This document shows positions 28,270 to 38,356 of a stretch of 64,000 bases of DNA, piece by piece. The notes beneath the pieces were generated by a model that saw nothing but the letters and a program-made list of their open reading frames with translations, had not been told where the DNA came from and searched no databases. Source of the stretch: an uncultured virus (IMG/VR IMGVR_UViG_3300022921_000003) (taxonomy: Duplodnaviria > Heunggongvirae > Uroviricota > Caudoviricetes); the IMG/VR virus record IMGVR_UViG_3300022921_000003; one strand, 5' to 3'. Each line of letters starts with the position of its first letter. Within the stretch, counting starts at the first letter, position 1. The position numbers and the translations under genes are program-made.

Positions 28270-28671
28270 TTTTTGTAACTCAGCGGTGCTACCAACAAAC
28301 AATGCATTAGTTACACTCTTAGGTCCGTGGTCTGGAACCTCTTTGAGTTTCTTCATCTTCTCTTGTAGGTCACCTAGTTTCTCAGTGACCTCTGCAACAT
28401 TCTTAATTAACTGTCCTGCAACCTCGTATGCTCTTGGATGCTCACCCTCTCTTGCAAGTTCAAGGATACCCTCAATCGCAGTGGAACCCTGTTCAACCAA
28501 CCGATAGAAATTCTCTCTTTGGTATTTGTAGTCAGCATCAATATCTTCACCACCTTCTATCTCTACTGGATAACGGGAAACATCAGACATTTTAGGCTTT
28601 TGGTTTAAAGATGACTCTGGTGGAATAACATCCCCAACCACTCCAAGTGCTTTCTCTATTTCATTTACCAT
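28246..28671 (-). CDS. gp16: gp16 terminase small subunit
   Basis: DYKYQRENFY, HPRAYEVAGQLIK, NALFVGSTAELQKML. Confidence 0.95.
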   Translation of the reverse strand: MVNEIEKALGVVGDVIPPESSLNQKPKMSDVSRYPVEIEGGEDIDADYKYQRENFYRLVEQGSTAIEGILELAREGEHPRAYEVAGQLIKNVAEVTEKLGDLQEKMKKLKEVPDHGPKSVTNALFVGSTAELQKMLKGKSE

Positions 28672-28689
28672 ATTAATTCCTCTGTATAT

Positions 28690-30069
28690 TTATGATGGGG
28701 CCCAAGCTTTATATGGAAGTTTTATTTCTCTATCGCGTAAATATTTTTTTTGAAAAACTTTGGGTGTTTGATTTTTAATCCATGGCATAACATGCAACCA
28801 TTCTTGTACGAACTTTTTATCATAAAATACATTTCTATTCTCCAATCCATAGGCCAATGACAAAGTTTCAAACAGGTCAAGTAAACGTCTTGCTTGTCCT
28901 CCATAAAAGTGTTGCCACGGAAATACTGTTGATAAATCCTCTGGCCAGATAGAAAAACCAGCTGGGTTTTTATTCATAATGCCGTTGTACTTCAAAGGAT
29001 ACCCAGCTGGTAACGCTGGATAATTATCAAAAATTTCATCTCCTCCGTTTCCAGTAAATATAACTTTACTGTTAAATTCAGAAATACATTTTTCTCTCAT
29101 TACCCACTGAGCTCGCAGACGTAAATTTGCAGACACTAATCTGTTTCTATTATTACTCCATTTGGATTTTGATTTTTTTTCATCCCAATTGGGGGGACAA
29201 TCGGTGGGGAAGCTTTCTATCTTAATATTTTTATTATATGTGTCTGTATATTTAATAATTTGATTCAATGATTCAATATCTTCGTTCCACGGACTTGCTA
29301 AACAAGTTACACTGTTAAAATGTTTTTTATGGTCAGATAAACACAATGCAATAGGTGAACTATCTAAACCACTACTGAGAAGTATAGTTAAATTTTCTGT
29401 ATAGCGTTTAAGAACTGCTTCTTCGAAGGAATTGGTAAGATCATCCAAATTATCTTTATACTGATTTAAATCCCATTTATGAAGTTCTGTATTAACTGGT
29501 TTCAATATACCAGTTTTTACATTATAATTATGATGGCTATTATGTGGAATTCTATAGAATGTGTTATTCCATTCAGTATCGTTGTACATAGCAAACTTGA
29601 GATCAAAGGGTTGAGACACGCCGGGCGGACCAAATCTTCCACCTTTAGGGTCTGTCATTGGAAAAGTACTGAAATAGAAATAATCATCAATTTTATAATA
29701 AAATGCTTGTCTTGTACTCCACGGATCAGTAAATAAATCTATATTATTAGTTTTCTCATCATAAATTATGAACAAGAATTCGCCATCTAAATATTCTGTA
29801 AATTTGTCACCATATTCTAAATATTTGTCAATGCAAAAAAAGATACTACTGAATAATGGATGACGATTATAAATTTCTCCAATCAATATATAATACTTGT
29901 TATTATGTTTGAAAGGTTGTACAACATCTTTTCCAGTAATACTTGATAGGTGGTGTGTTATATAAACACCGTTAACATCTATAGTATTACTAGCATCTGG
30001 TCCACCCAACTTCAAATAATCATCAATTAATATTGAGTTTGGGTTGTTAGTTATTTTGAAAGTAGACAT
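28690..30069 (-). CDS. asparagine-synthase-like protein (Ntn-like domain plus PP-loop)
   Basis: GEIYN, LDGEF, LSSGLDS and GNGGDE motifs; Ser instead of Cys at position 2. Confidence 0.75.
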   Translation of the reverse strand: MSTFKITNNPNSILIDDYLKLGGPDASNTIDVNGVYITHHLSSITGKDVVQPFKHNNKYYILIGEIYNRHPLFSSIFFCIDKYLEYGDKFTEYLDGEFLFIIYDEKTNNIDLFTDPWSTRQAFYYKIDDYFYFSTFPMTDPKGGRFGPPGVSQPFDLKFAMYNDTEWNNTFYRIPHNSHHNYNVKTGILKPVNTELHKWDLNQYKDNLDDLTNSFEEAVLKRYTENLTILLSSGLDSSPIALCLSDHKKHFNSVTCLASPWNEDIESLNQIIKYTDTYNKNIKIESFPTDCPPNWDEKKSKSKWSNNRNRLVSANLRLRAQWVMREKCISEFNSKVIFTGNGGDEIFDNYPALPAGYPLKYNGIMNKNPAGFSIWPEDLSTVFPWQHFYGGQARRLLDLFETLSLAYGLENRNVFYDKKFVQEWLHVMPWIKNQTPKVFQKKYLRDREIKLPYKAWAPS

Positions 30070-30072
30070 AAT

Positions 30073-31350
30073 CTATTTATACCGTTTACGGTTGCTTTGG
30101 AGGTTGCCTTGGAACCCAAATCCAACATCGGGGTTAGACCATTCGAATATACTACATTTTCTTAGATACTCTTTAGTAATATGTTTGTATTCTATATTTT
30201 TATAATGCGGTTTCATATTTAACCAATCTTGTGCGAGTTGTTTATCATAAAAAACGCTTCTTACTTCTTGTCCAAAAAAACAACAATATGTGTAATGATA
30301 ATCTATGGAATTTATATAACCATATAATTCTCTTTTATCTTCATACAATCTTCTGTATGGAAAGATTTCATTTTGATTTTCAGGCCATAAATCAAAATCA
30401 GAATTAGTTTTACTCCTATACATATCAATAGTTTCATCACTACCGCTACCCATAAGAATTACCTTACTACCAAAAGACAATGCAAGTTTTCTTAGTTCAG
30501 ATGATATTGTATGTTGTTGAGTCGGATAATAATTTTTATCTCTCATATGTTCCTCTGTTACATAAGTATGGTTAATATAATCCCCACAATACTCAACTAC
30601 TTTGTTAATTGCTTTTTGATTTTCAAAATTCTTAACAATGGATGTGAGTGCATTAAAATTTTTCTTGTTTTTTGCTAAACAACATGCAACAGCCAAACTA
30701 TCAACTCCGCCGCTCATAAAAAGTGTAGAATTGGGATACCATCTTTTATTTACAGCATCTTCGAATGACATGATAACATTATCAAGGTTATCACTATTCT
30801 GTTCTAAATTCCACTTGTGTAAATGATCATTTACAATATTAAATTCTTTTATATCAATATCAAATACAACATGTGAATTTGCAGGCAATCTGTAGTGACC
30901 TTCCAAATTTTTAAAATATTTGAAAATGTCTGGTGTTTTGTTTATTAGAGAAGTAAAATAAAAATTATCACCATCTTCAAAGTAATATGCTTGTTTTGTA
31001 GAAAATGGGTCAGTGAAAAAATGAATTTTTCTATTATCAACAACAATGAATAGGAATTCACCATCTAAATGTTCTGTAAATTTATCACCATACTCATTGT
31101 ATTTTTCAATACCAAAATAGATATCACTTGGCCAAGAATCATCGTAATTATAAATCTCACCGATTAATATAAAATATTTCCCACCGTGATAAATTGGTTG
31201 TGGTGTTATTTCACCAGTAATATTTAACAAGTGATGTGTTATGTAGATACCGTTAAGTTCTACGGTATTTGATTTTGTAGGACCACCATCTCTCAGATAT
31301 TGATCTACAAAAATTTCATTTGAGTCATTAGTTATTTTAAAAGTACACAT
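30073..31350 (-). CDS. asparagine-synthase-like amidotransferase
   Basis: N-terminal MC, GEIYN, LDGEF, MSGGVDS and GSGSDE; tandem paralog of 28690..30069. Confidence 0.8.
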   Translation of the reverse strand: MCTFKITNDSNEIFVDQYLRDGGPTKSNTVELNGIYITHHLLNITGEITPQPIYHGGKYFILIGEIYNYDDSWPSDIYFGIEKYNEYGDKFTEHLDGEFLFIVVDNRKIHFFTDPFSTKQAYYFEDGDNFYFTSLINKTPDIFKYFKNLEGHYRLPANSHVVFDIDIKEFNIVNDHLHKWNLEQNSDNLDNVIMSFEDAVNKRWYPNSTLFMSGGVDSLAVACCLAKNKKNFNALTSIVKNFENQKAINKVVEYCGDYINHTYVTEEHMRDKNYYPTQQHTISSELRKLALSFGSKVILMGSGSDETIDMYRSKTNSDFDLWPENQNEIFPYRRLYEDKRELYGYINSIDYHYTYCCFFGQEVRSVFYDKQLAQDWLNMKPHYKNIEYKHITKEYLRKCSIFEWSNPDVGFGFQGNLQSNRKRYK

Positions 31351-31353
31351 TTC

Positions 31354-32127
31354 TCATTCATAAATTAAGTACGGCAATTTTCCGTCCTCATTTCGACCCC
31401 TATACATATAAGTTTTTGGGTCAGCTTCATGTCTCCAAGGACCATAACTGCCGTGTTTAGCACAATACAAATCAAAATCTCTTCCTGTCTTACCCTCACT
31501 GACGAAAGTTTTATAGGTTCTCCAGTATGCAATCTCACGGCCGCTACGAGACTTTGAATGTCTAATACACAAATCTCGCAACTCTTTTGGTAAGAATTCA
31601 TATTGTTCAAACCGACCCATCATATGTTTTGCGACCTCATCATAGTTAAAATCATCACCAATTGATACTGGAACTAATTCTTTTACACCCGCTAAATATA
31701 TATCAACTCCGGCGCTCTCAGGATATTTTCTCAACACATCGTACCCGCAAGTTGAAGTATTTTCTAATGATATACCAATTGATATTGCGTCAACACAAGT
31801 TTCTTTAATCCATATTGGATAACCTTGAAATCGTGGTTTAATAGAACCAATATCATAAGTTCCTTTTATGAACCCCTGTCTTATAGGAACACGTTCTTTG
31901 ACGTAATTATTTGGCCAGTTTATACGCTCAAAATTAAAATCTCTAGTTTCAGATTTTAGAAAAAGAATAATGTTTGTAAGTTTATTAGACTGTTTTGAGT
32001 TGTACTCTTTACTTTCAAATTCTTCATAAGAGTATCGTGCAACAATATCAGCGTCAGTTTCAGTTAACCAACGATAAAGTGAATAAGTTGAGTTTATACC
32101 ACCTGAGAATGGTATGAGTATTTTCAT
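31354..32127 (-). CDS. QueC/ThiI-like PP-loop protein
   Basis: Starts MKILIPFSGGINSTY; paralog of 35597..36400. Confidence 0.6.
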   Translation of the reverse strand: MKILIPFSGGINSTYSLYRWLTETDADIVARYSYEEFESKEYNSKQSNKLTNIILFLKSETRDFNFERINWPNNYVKERVPIRQGFIKGTYDIGSIKPRFQGYPIWIKETCVDAISIGISLENTSTCGYDVLRKYPESAGVDIYLAGVKELVPVSIGDDFNYDEVAKHMMGRFEQYEFLPKELRDLCIRHSKSRSGREIAYWRTYKTFVSEGKTGRDFDLYCAKHGSYGPWRHEADPKTYMYRGRNEDGKLPYLIYE

Positions 32128-32128
32128 A

Positions 32129-32953
32129 CTAATCCCACAAATTTGTGTTTACCTTCACAAGAAAACAGTCTTTACCAAAACAATCTTCCATATAAGAACT
32201 ACAATGAATTCTTGAAGTCTCAAACATTACAACTTGACCAATATTCCAAGGAACAGATTCCGCAAAACTAAATCCATGTAACATCTCAATTGGATGGTGT
32301 TGCAAATGTTTTTCCCAAATTTCTACATCAAAGGGTTCATCGGTATATCCAACTAAATCGCTATAATCATAACCAAATTCCCATCCTTTTGCACCATGCT
32401 TTCTATAGAATTTTTCGTCGTCATTTTCGGGTTCAATTCCAGACTTTGCAGACCAAGGAGTTTTTTGATGAAAATATACAGTCTCAGTTGTTCCCGCACT
32501 TCCATCTTCTTTGTAACATCTTAGTGGAAAGAATACTGTTGTGTTTGCGGGTCTTGGCATTTGTCCTGTTTTGTTGTGTGATTTCCAATCATCACCTAGA
32601 TAATTTTCACCATCATTGTGTATATGAATTGGTTCTTTGTAATACCCATACCTACCTTGAGTATTTGGTTCAAACCCAATAATTGGTTTTAGAATTTCAT
32701 TAAAAAGATTACAAGCTTTGGTTCTTTCATCTTCAGTGAAAATTTCGAAATTAGTATGACCTTGCATAGAATCACTTATCTCATCTATTGGCAACCCACT
32801 ATCGGATATTTTTCTATATCCCAAATAATTTTCGTTAATTTCATACGCGAATTTTCGAACTCGTTCTAAAACTTGTAACTCTTCTTCTAAATTTATTAGA
32901 TTATCAATTACCGATAAAGGCACATCTGCATAATGAAACATGTTATCACTCAT
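32129..32953 (-). CDS. putative 2OG-Fe(II)/cupin-fold oxygenase
   Basis: IHIHND...FFPL...WNIGQVVMFETSRIHCS. Start moved to MSDNMF, which overlaps the gp15 stop. Confidence 0.55.
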   Translation of the reverse strand: MSDNMFHYADVPLSVIDNLINLEEELQVLERVRKFAYEINENYLGYRKISDSGLPIDEISDSMQGHTNFEIFTEDERTKACNLFNEILKPIIGFEPNTQGRYGYYKEPIHIHNDGENYLGDDWKSHNKTGQMPRPANTTVFFPLRCYKEDGSAGTTETVYFHQKTPWSAKSGIEPENDDEKFYRKHGAKGWEFGYDYSDLVGYTDEPFDVEIWEKHLQHHPIEMLHGFSFAESVPWNIGQVVMFETSRIHCSSYMEDCFGKDCFLVKVNTNLWD

Positions 32954-33746
32954 CACTTCCTGTTTCTGGATTAAAGTTCTTTGCATCCTCAAAGAATGAT
33001 GTTGTCTCACTGAAACCAAAATCATCATCAGCATCAGCACTCGTTGGGTTTGGTGTAACTGTGTATCTCTGTTCCCTCTTAGGTGACTGATCAGGTAGGT
33101 CTGTATACTGGTCAACCTGTACAGTCTTAATAACCTTACTAGAGGTAACAGGTCCGTAGAGATGGAACTTAGCAGTAAAAGAGAGAGTGTAGATAATAGC
33201 TCTACGGTTTGCAAAGTCACCCTGATAATCGTCTTCGTAACCAATACTATTCAGAACAACAGGGACATCTCTCTTGATACCCATGTCTGTGTTGTCATTG
33301 ATTGTGACTGTATAATCAGGTTGGAAGTATGGTAGAATCTGTTCTACAATCTGCAACGCATCATCTGACTGTTTTGAGAGAATGTAAAGTTCAAAGTCAA
33401 TGTTGTATGGAACAGGCATGTACTGCGTGTCCAACTGGTCAGACTTTGCACCCTTCACCTTCTTGAACTTCTGCACACGTTGTAGTTTGCGTGATGGGTC
33501 ATATGTCATACCAGTAATCTCAAACCCAATACGAGGTAGAGTTACAGCAGTCTGATTAGACAAAGATGGATCATCATTCAGACGGACAAGGAACTTCTGC
33601 CGTGGACCATATGCAAGAGGAACCTTCATAGACTGTTGAATAGTTCCACTGTTGTCCTTACGAACAAGATGAATATCATTGAAAAGTGAGCCGAAAGAAA
33701 CGACCACCTTACGAATTGTTTCGTGGTAGAACTGCTGTCCTAACAT
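32946..33746 (-). CDS. gp15: gp15 tail sheath stabiliser / completion protein
   Basis: FYHETIRK...FG.LFN, VPLAYGP..KFL, QIVEQILPYFQP. Confidence 0.95.
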   Translation of the reverse strand: MLGQQFYHETIRKVVVSFGSLFNDIHLVRKDNSGTIQQSMKVPLAYGPRQKFLVRLNDDPSLSNQTAVTLPRIGFEITGMTYDPSRKLQRVQKFKKVKGAKSDQLDTQYMPVPYNIDFELYILSKQSDDALQIVEQILPYFQPDYTVTINDNTDMGIKRDVPVVLNSIGYEDDYQGDFANRRAIIYTLSFTAKFHLYGPVTSSKVIKTVQVDQYTDLPDQSPKREQRYTVTPNPTSADADDDFGFSETTSFFEDAKNFNPETGSDE

Positions 33747-34741
33747 TACGATGGTTCTCCTGCATCACCGAATGGGTTTGATTCGCTGAAGTCTAGGATA
33801 GTATCATCCAGACTGTCGAATAGTTCATTCTGATTGACCTTATCCGTTGATTGGTCACCTACTATATAGTCCTCATTGATAAAGTATGATGGATCACCAG
33901 TATCAGCAGAACTTTCAATTAGGATAGACTCACCAACAGAACTGCTGTCGTCTTCACCAATGATGTTGTCTCCGTCTGTCTCCTCAAGAAGAAGACCAGA
34001 GTTATCTTCGAGTCTGATATTCTCATTGACTGCACTTGACTGTTCAAGTGTGAACTGATAAGTGAGTGCATCCATTGAGTCTGCATCTTCGATTGCATCA
34101 ATTGCAGCAATGTCTGTGTCGAGAACTTCTGAACCATAATCAAATGTGCGACAACGCATTTTGTATACTGGGTTGTTGTCGAGTTGATGGAATGGCTCAT
34201 CGTGGTCAACGAAGTTAATCTCAAACAATTTACCGAGGATGGGGTGGTAGATTGCATCACCCTCTTGTGGTCTATCTGCGTCTGTAGAAGATGCCTCTGA
34301 GATTAGATACCCACTCTCGTATGAGGATGGAATGTCAACCTCGTCACTGTCTAGTGTTCCATCCTCAAGTAGAATAGAACCTGTGAGTGTATCTGTACCA
34401 CTCTCAATCGTGAACTGTTTGGTGATGTCTCTAAATCTACTCTTACTGACAACGAAGGTGACTTCACTGAGGTTCTGCAAACCAAACTGAGTCATCAATT
34501 CTCGTTCACCAGCATACCCACCACCAGAGTTCTCAACATACATTTCAATCTTTGACTGAGTGTTGAACTTGGATAGAGAGTCTTCACCAAGGAACGTGTC
34601 CTCAGCCACAAGTGTGCGGTCAAGATAATAAACATCGTGACCGTAAATCTGAATTGCTTCTGCAATCAAATCTGCATACAGATTTTTTTCTGTGGTAAGT
34701 GCATGTTGATTGCTTGTGTGAAATGCTTTATTGACTGCCAT
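33746..34741 (-). CDS. gp14: gp14 neck protein with acidic repeat insertions
   Basis: E.IQIYGHDVYYL.R, RPQEGD.IY, FEI.FV....PF.QL, LDFSESNPFG. Confidence 0.9.
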   Translation of the reverse strand: MAVNKAFHTSNQHALTTEKNLYADLIAEAIQIYGHDVYYLDRTLVAEDTFLGEDSLSKFNTQSKIEMYVENSGGGYAGERELMTQFGLQNLSEVTFVVSKSRFRDITKQFTIESGTDTLTGSILLEDGTLDSDEVDIPSSYESGYLISEASSTDADRPQEGDAIYHPILGKLFEINFVDHDEPFHQLDNNPVYKMRCRTFDYGSEVLDTDIAAIDAIEDADSMDALTYQFTLEQSSAVNENIRLEDNSGLLLEETDGDNIIGEDDSSSVGESILIESSADTGDPSYFINEDYIVGDQSTDKVNQNELFDSLDDTILDFSESNPFGDAGEPS

Positions 34742-34743
34742 GT

Positions 34744-35565
34744 TTATCCAATCATGTAGTTAACTGGTAGTTCGAACGCAAGTTTCATCTCTTCTTCAAG
34801 TCTAATAATCTCTTCTTGCGCCTGAGTGTAAATTGTTTCACCGTTCATCGTCACACCACCGAGCATCTCTACGCCACTAAACTTGGAAAGGTTTGCACCC
34901 CACTGTCTCTTAATCAGTGCGGTTGCGTACTTCTTTAGATACATGTCATTGTATAGGTCTGTGAATGTGCCGGGATCAAGTTTACGATAACAATCAATGA
35001 TAATATAATCAACGTCAGCAGTTACCTTATTCTCCCAATCCATGTCAATATACAAACGGTTTTGATGTTGATTAAAACGAAGTGGTGTCTCCCCAACAAG
35101 AATATGTTCTAGTAGGTCTAGGTTATCCATAGCCATCTGATATTGAATAACAGATGTAGATGAGAGGTCAAATAAATCATTTAGTCGTAACTGATAACGT
35201 AGATCGAACATACTTGAACCACCACCTGTATCACTAAATGGAAAAACTTGCATTACTGCAAGTACTGAATCGGGAACAGGAATCCAGTTCTTACCTTCGT
35301 ACCACACGGCAGTTGTTGAACCATCAACATCAGTTACAGTTGATAGTGTCTCGTTAGACCTTGCCCGTGTAACGTCTGCGGTTGTGATAAGATGTTTAAG
35401 GTACATCCTTTCACATCCATCGTAGTGATATTCTGCAAAGAATTGTAGTGCCTCGTCAATACGGTCATCAACTTGGTCATCTGACACGTTAATGTCGATA
35501 ACCCCATATCCAAGGTTCCGTAGACAATAATTCTTGAAGTCTGCTCTGGTAGAAGGTATTGCCAT
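34744..35565 (-). CDS. gp13: gp13 neck protein
   Basis: YCLR.LG..VIDINV.DDQ.DDRIDEA, LKKYATALIKRQWG.NL.KF. Confidence 0.95.
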   Translation of the reverse strand: MAIPSTRADFKNYCLRNLGYGVIDINVSDDQVDDRIDEALQFFAEYHYDGCERMYLKHLITTADVTRARSNETLSTVTDVDGSTTAVWYEGKNWIPVPDSVLAVMQVFPFSDTGGGSSMFDLRYQLRLNDLFDLSSTSVIQYQMAMDNLDLLEHILVGETPLRFNQHQNRLYIDMDWENKVTADVDYIIIDCYRKLDPGTFTDLYNDMYLKKYATALIKRQWGANLSKFSGVEMLGGVTMNGETIYTQAQEEIIRLEEEMKLAFELPVNYMIG

Positions 35566-35585
35566 TAGAAGATTCCTTTTTTATA

Positions 35586-35593
35586 TATTTATA
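35586..35593 (-). promoter_or_regulatory. late promoter TATAAATA for gp13
   Basis: Exact consensus upstream of an AAGGA SD. Confidence 0.75.
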
Positions 35594-35596
35594 ACA

Positions 35597-36400
35597 TTAT
35601 GTATTGTGAGGTTTCGTTGGTAGTATTTTCTGAGAGGTTAACTCCGGCGTATAGTTATGAGTTCGATTCCAATAGGGATAACTTTTGCCTCTAAATTTAT
35701 GACCCACATAAGCAATGTGTCTTGTTTCTGGATTACTTTCTTTTGTGAAATATTTCCCGTATTTTCCCTCTTTCATAATCAGATCATCAAGTTCCTCTGC
35801 ACCAAAACCCTCTTTTTTCTTTTCATTATACCATTCCCAACATTTACATTTAGAGCATTCTCCACAAGGACAGATAGATACTAGTTTTTGAAGCTCTTTT
35901 GGTATCAACTCCCAAGTTTCCCATCTTCCTATAGGTTTATCATTACGACTCATTAGAGGCCAGTCAATAGTAATATCTGTATAATCCCTAAGAATAGAAT
36001 GATCTAACCTAGTATATGAATTATCCTTTTCATAAAACTTTCCAATAGGGTCTGTAGTTTGAAAATACCAGTTAGAGGGACTCCAGTTATATGTATTATA
36101 TCCCATACATATCAAATCTACACCATGCATTTCTGATAACAGTGCAATATTATAAAATTTTGACCTTATGGTTTCTAACTTGATATCACTAGCATGATCT
36201 TCAAACTCTGCAAAACCAAAATCAAAATCACGAACGTTTTCTCTCAACCAATTGCAGACAATAGGATATTGTTCTAAGTCCTGATCGGATGCGTCAAGGT
36301 GAAGTATTCTTGATATTACATGATCCCTAGTTTCAGTGAGAAGTTTATATAAAAGATATGTACTATCTGAAGAGGAACTAGATGCTGCGAAAATTTTCAT
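35597..36400 (-). CDS. QueC-like protein with a degenerate PP-loop and a Cys cluster
   Basis: MKIFAASSSSSDSTY and C-terminal CPCGECSKC; shares several motifs with 31354..32127. Confidence 0.55.
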   Translation of the reverse strand: MKIFAASSSSSDSTYLLYKLLTETRDHVISRILHLDASDQDLEQYPIVCNWLRENVRDFDFGFAEFEDHASDIKLETIRSKFYNIALLSEMHGVDLICMGYNTYNWSPSNWYFQTTDPIGKFYEKDNSYTRLDHSILRDYTDITIDWPLMSRNDKPIGRWETWELIPKELQKLVSICPCGECSKCKCWEWYNEKKKEGFGAEELDDLIMKEGKYGKYFTKESNPETRHIAYVGHKFRGKSYPYWNRTHNYTPELTSQKILPTKPHNT

Positions 36401-37079
36401 AGTCTTTCCACTCATGTGGCTTGTTTAGTCGATTGGTGAAATGGACATATTTAATATCTGGATGAAACTCTCCGCCCATGTATATGTAGTCATTACCCGT
36501 GAGTTGTTCATACTTCTGTGTCATGTTATAGTTCCATCGATTAACACTACCCGATATTACATCGTCACTGACAACCCATCGTGTGAACCACTCGTTTGGT
36601 AATACCACAAGGTCCAACTGTTCCCTGACACTATCCTCTACAAAATACTGCTCTCCGTTCACTGGTCCTGTTGTTGTTCCATTCTCAATGTAGAACTTCT
36701 GCCAGTAATGAATGTCACTCATAAACTTGTCGTAGATATATCGACAGTCCTTCGGATAGTATTTGAAGAACCCACCATTGATGTGATACTCGTTGACATC
36801 GTTTCTCCACCATCCCGGCATCGCAACAAACTGACCTCGTTCAATTGGGTAATCAAAAATTTTCTCGTAGTCGTTGATGAGAAGAACGTCAATGTCCATC
36901 ACACAGATAGGTTCGTCAGTCTCCATCTGCATACCCCACATCTTATTCCACTGTAGAGTTACCTTCTCATGATATGGCTCTCGTATCCAGATGATGTTAT
37001 GCTTCGATAACTTTCTCTCTAGGTATTCTTCGTACTCTGGTCCATATTTGTCACCGATACGAACACATACTATATCCAT
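36378..37079 (-). CDS. GT-A-like glycosyltransferase
   Basis: IVCVRIGDKYGPEY, WNK, MDID (DxD), GEQ.F, VHF...KP. Confidence 0.65.
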   Translation of the reverse strand: MDIVCVRIGDKYGPEYEEYLERKLSKHNIIWIREPYHEKVTLQWNKMWGMQMETDEPICVMDIDVLLINDYEKIFDYPIERGQFVAMPGWWRNDVNEYHINGGFFKYYPKDCRYIYDKFMSDIHYWQKFYIENGTTTGPVNGEQYFVEDSVREQLDLVVLPNEWFTRWVVSDDVISGSVNRWNYNMTQKYEQLTGNDYIYMGGEFHPDIKYVHFTNRLNKPHEWKDYENFRSI

Positions 37080-38356
37080 TTATCAAATCTCTGTTTTGTT
37101 GGAGTCCATCCTCGTAAGTAAGCACCATCAGCGTGTTTCAAAACGTCCAGTAAGTTATTAAATGAATCAACCAATTCATCTAGAGTATAATATGCATGTG
37201 ACATATGATAACTGAAGATGTTAGTTGCATCAAAAAACACAGTTTTCCCTTTAATTTTTTCGGAGATTCTATCATAGTCTGGTGATATTAAGTCCATCAA
37301 CCAATATTCAATGTCATAATCATCGTGCATTTTTTGTTCTAATTTTCTCAAATCTTCAAATGCAGGCATATCTTTCTTTGCGTTTTTAGATGAAATAGAA
37401 TCCGGCATTACCATATTGTGAGTGAGTCTTTTACTATAATAATTAATTTCCTCTAAAGACATGTTCATCTCTACAATCATTTGTTTTATGTCTAGATTTT
37501 CTTGACAATAATCAAACAACACAATCTCACCGTCAAACTTCAATCTGTCTACAATCAACGCAGCACGTTGACCCGCCGTAGTAGAAAATATAACATCGAA
37601 TTTTTCGGTGGGTAACTCTCCAACACTTTCTGTGTTCTCTATATAAAACTGTTTCGTTATCCTTGTCATAAATCTACTAAAATAGTAGTCATTTAAATCT
37701 ACATTATCAAGGTCTTTCCAAGATTCAGTTTGATGATCTCTATAATATGAGAACGACTTTCTTGATCTTTCATCATTAGTAAAATTTGTGATAGTAGGCA
37801 TACCCTCTACATCAATCCACGGTGGGGTGTAGTCATCATGAAAATTATCAGGGGATCGTTTAACAACATCATATCTCTCTGACATGTCGGGAGCTCCAAT
37901 TTCTCTCCATATCTTCAAATTCAAATTCATATGTTGGTGATGGAAATACGCTTTACGGTTTGGTCTAGCCATTATGTGAGCTTTGCAAAACTCACCACTC
38001 TCTACAAAATCGTAAAAGTCTGTTATTGATGTTTCTCTTTTCTCTGGACCACCAGATACCATATCAAATACCATACCAACTGATACAATCATAGCATGAG
38101 TATGATCACAACTTAAAAGAATATCATGAACTTCACTTCTATAACAAAAACGGACATCATGTCCAGTACCAGAACCAGTTGCACCACCAGAAACCATAAA
38201 TGTTGTGGTTTGAGTTTGTTTCTCTATTCCAAAATCCCACTTTAGTTTATCTGGATAAACTACCAGAAATAACATATGTTCAAATCTTTTGTATATTTTT
38301 TTATTATATGATTCACCTACCCACAAGGTAACAAACTCATCAAAACTATTCATCAA
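37070..38356 (-). CDS. hypothetical protein (428 aa) within the tailoring operon
   Basis: Long ORF overlapping both neighbours; no motif recognised with confidence. Confidence 0.6.
   Translation of the reverse strand: MMNSFDEFVTLWVGESYNKKIYKRFEHMLFLVVYPDKLKWDFGIEKQTQTTTFMVSGGATGSGTGHDVRFCYRSEVHDILLSCDHTHAMIVSVGMVFDMVSGGPEKRETSITDFYDFVESGEFCKAHIMARPNRKAYFHHQHMNLNLKIWREIGAPDMSERYDVVKRSPDNFHDDYTPPWIDVEGMPTITNFTNDERSRKSFSYYRDHQTESWKDLDNVDLNDYYFSRFMTRITKQFYIENTESVGELPTEKFDVIFSTTAGQRAALIVDRLKFDGEIVLFDYCQENLDIKQMIVEMNMSLEEINYYSKRLTHNMVMPDSISSKNAKKDMPAFEDLRKLEQKMHDDYDIEYWLMDLISPDYDRISEKIKGKTVFFDATNIFSYHMSHAYYTLDELVDSFNNLLDVLKHADGAYLRGWTPTKQRFDKWI

Noticed and set aside
26431..31350. Lasso-peptide cluster (AsnB-like cyclase plus small ORF as precursor)
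   Set aside because: No transglutaminase-like B protease or RRE protein was seen, and the 58-aa ORF has no recognisable lasso leader/core pattern.
32954..33244. Long N-terminal extensions in the ORF track (also 2416-2484, 8669-8722, 13472-13519, 40387-40443, 41700-41888, 42532-42582)
   Set aside because: They overlap upstream genes or regulatory elements; downstream starts fit coupling, promoters and family N-termini better.
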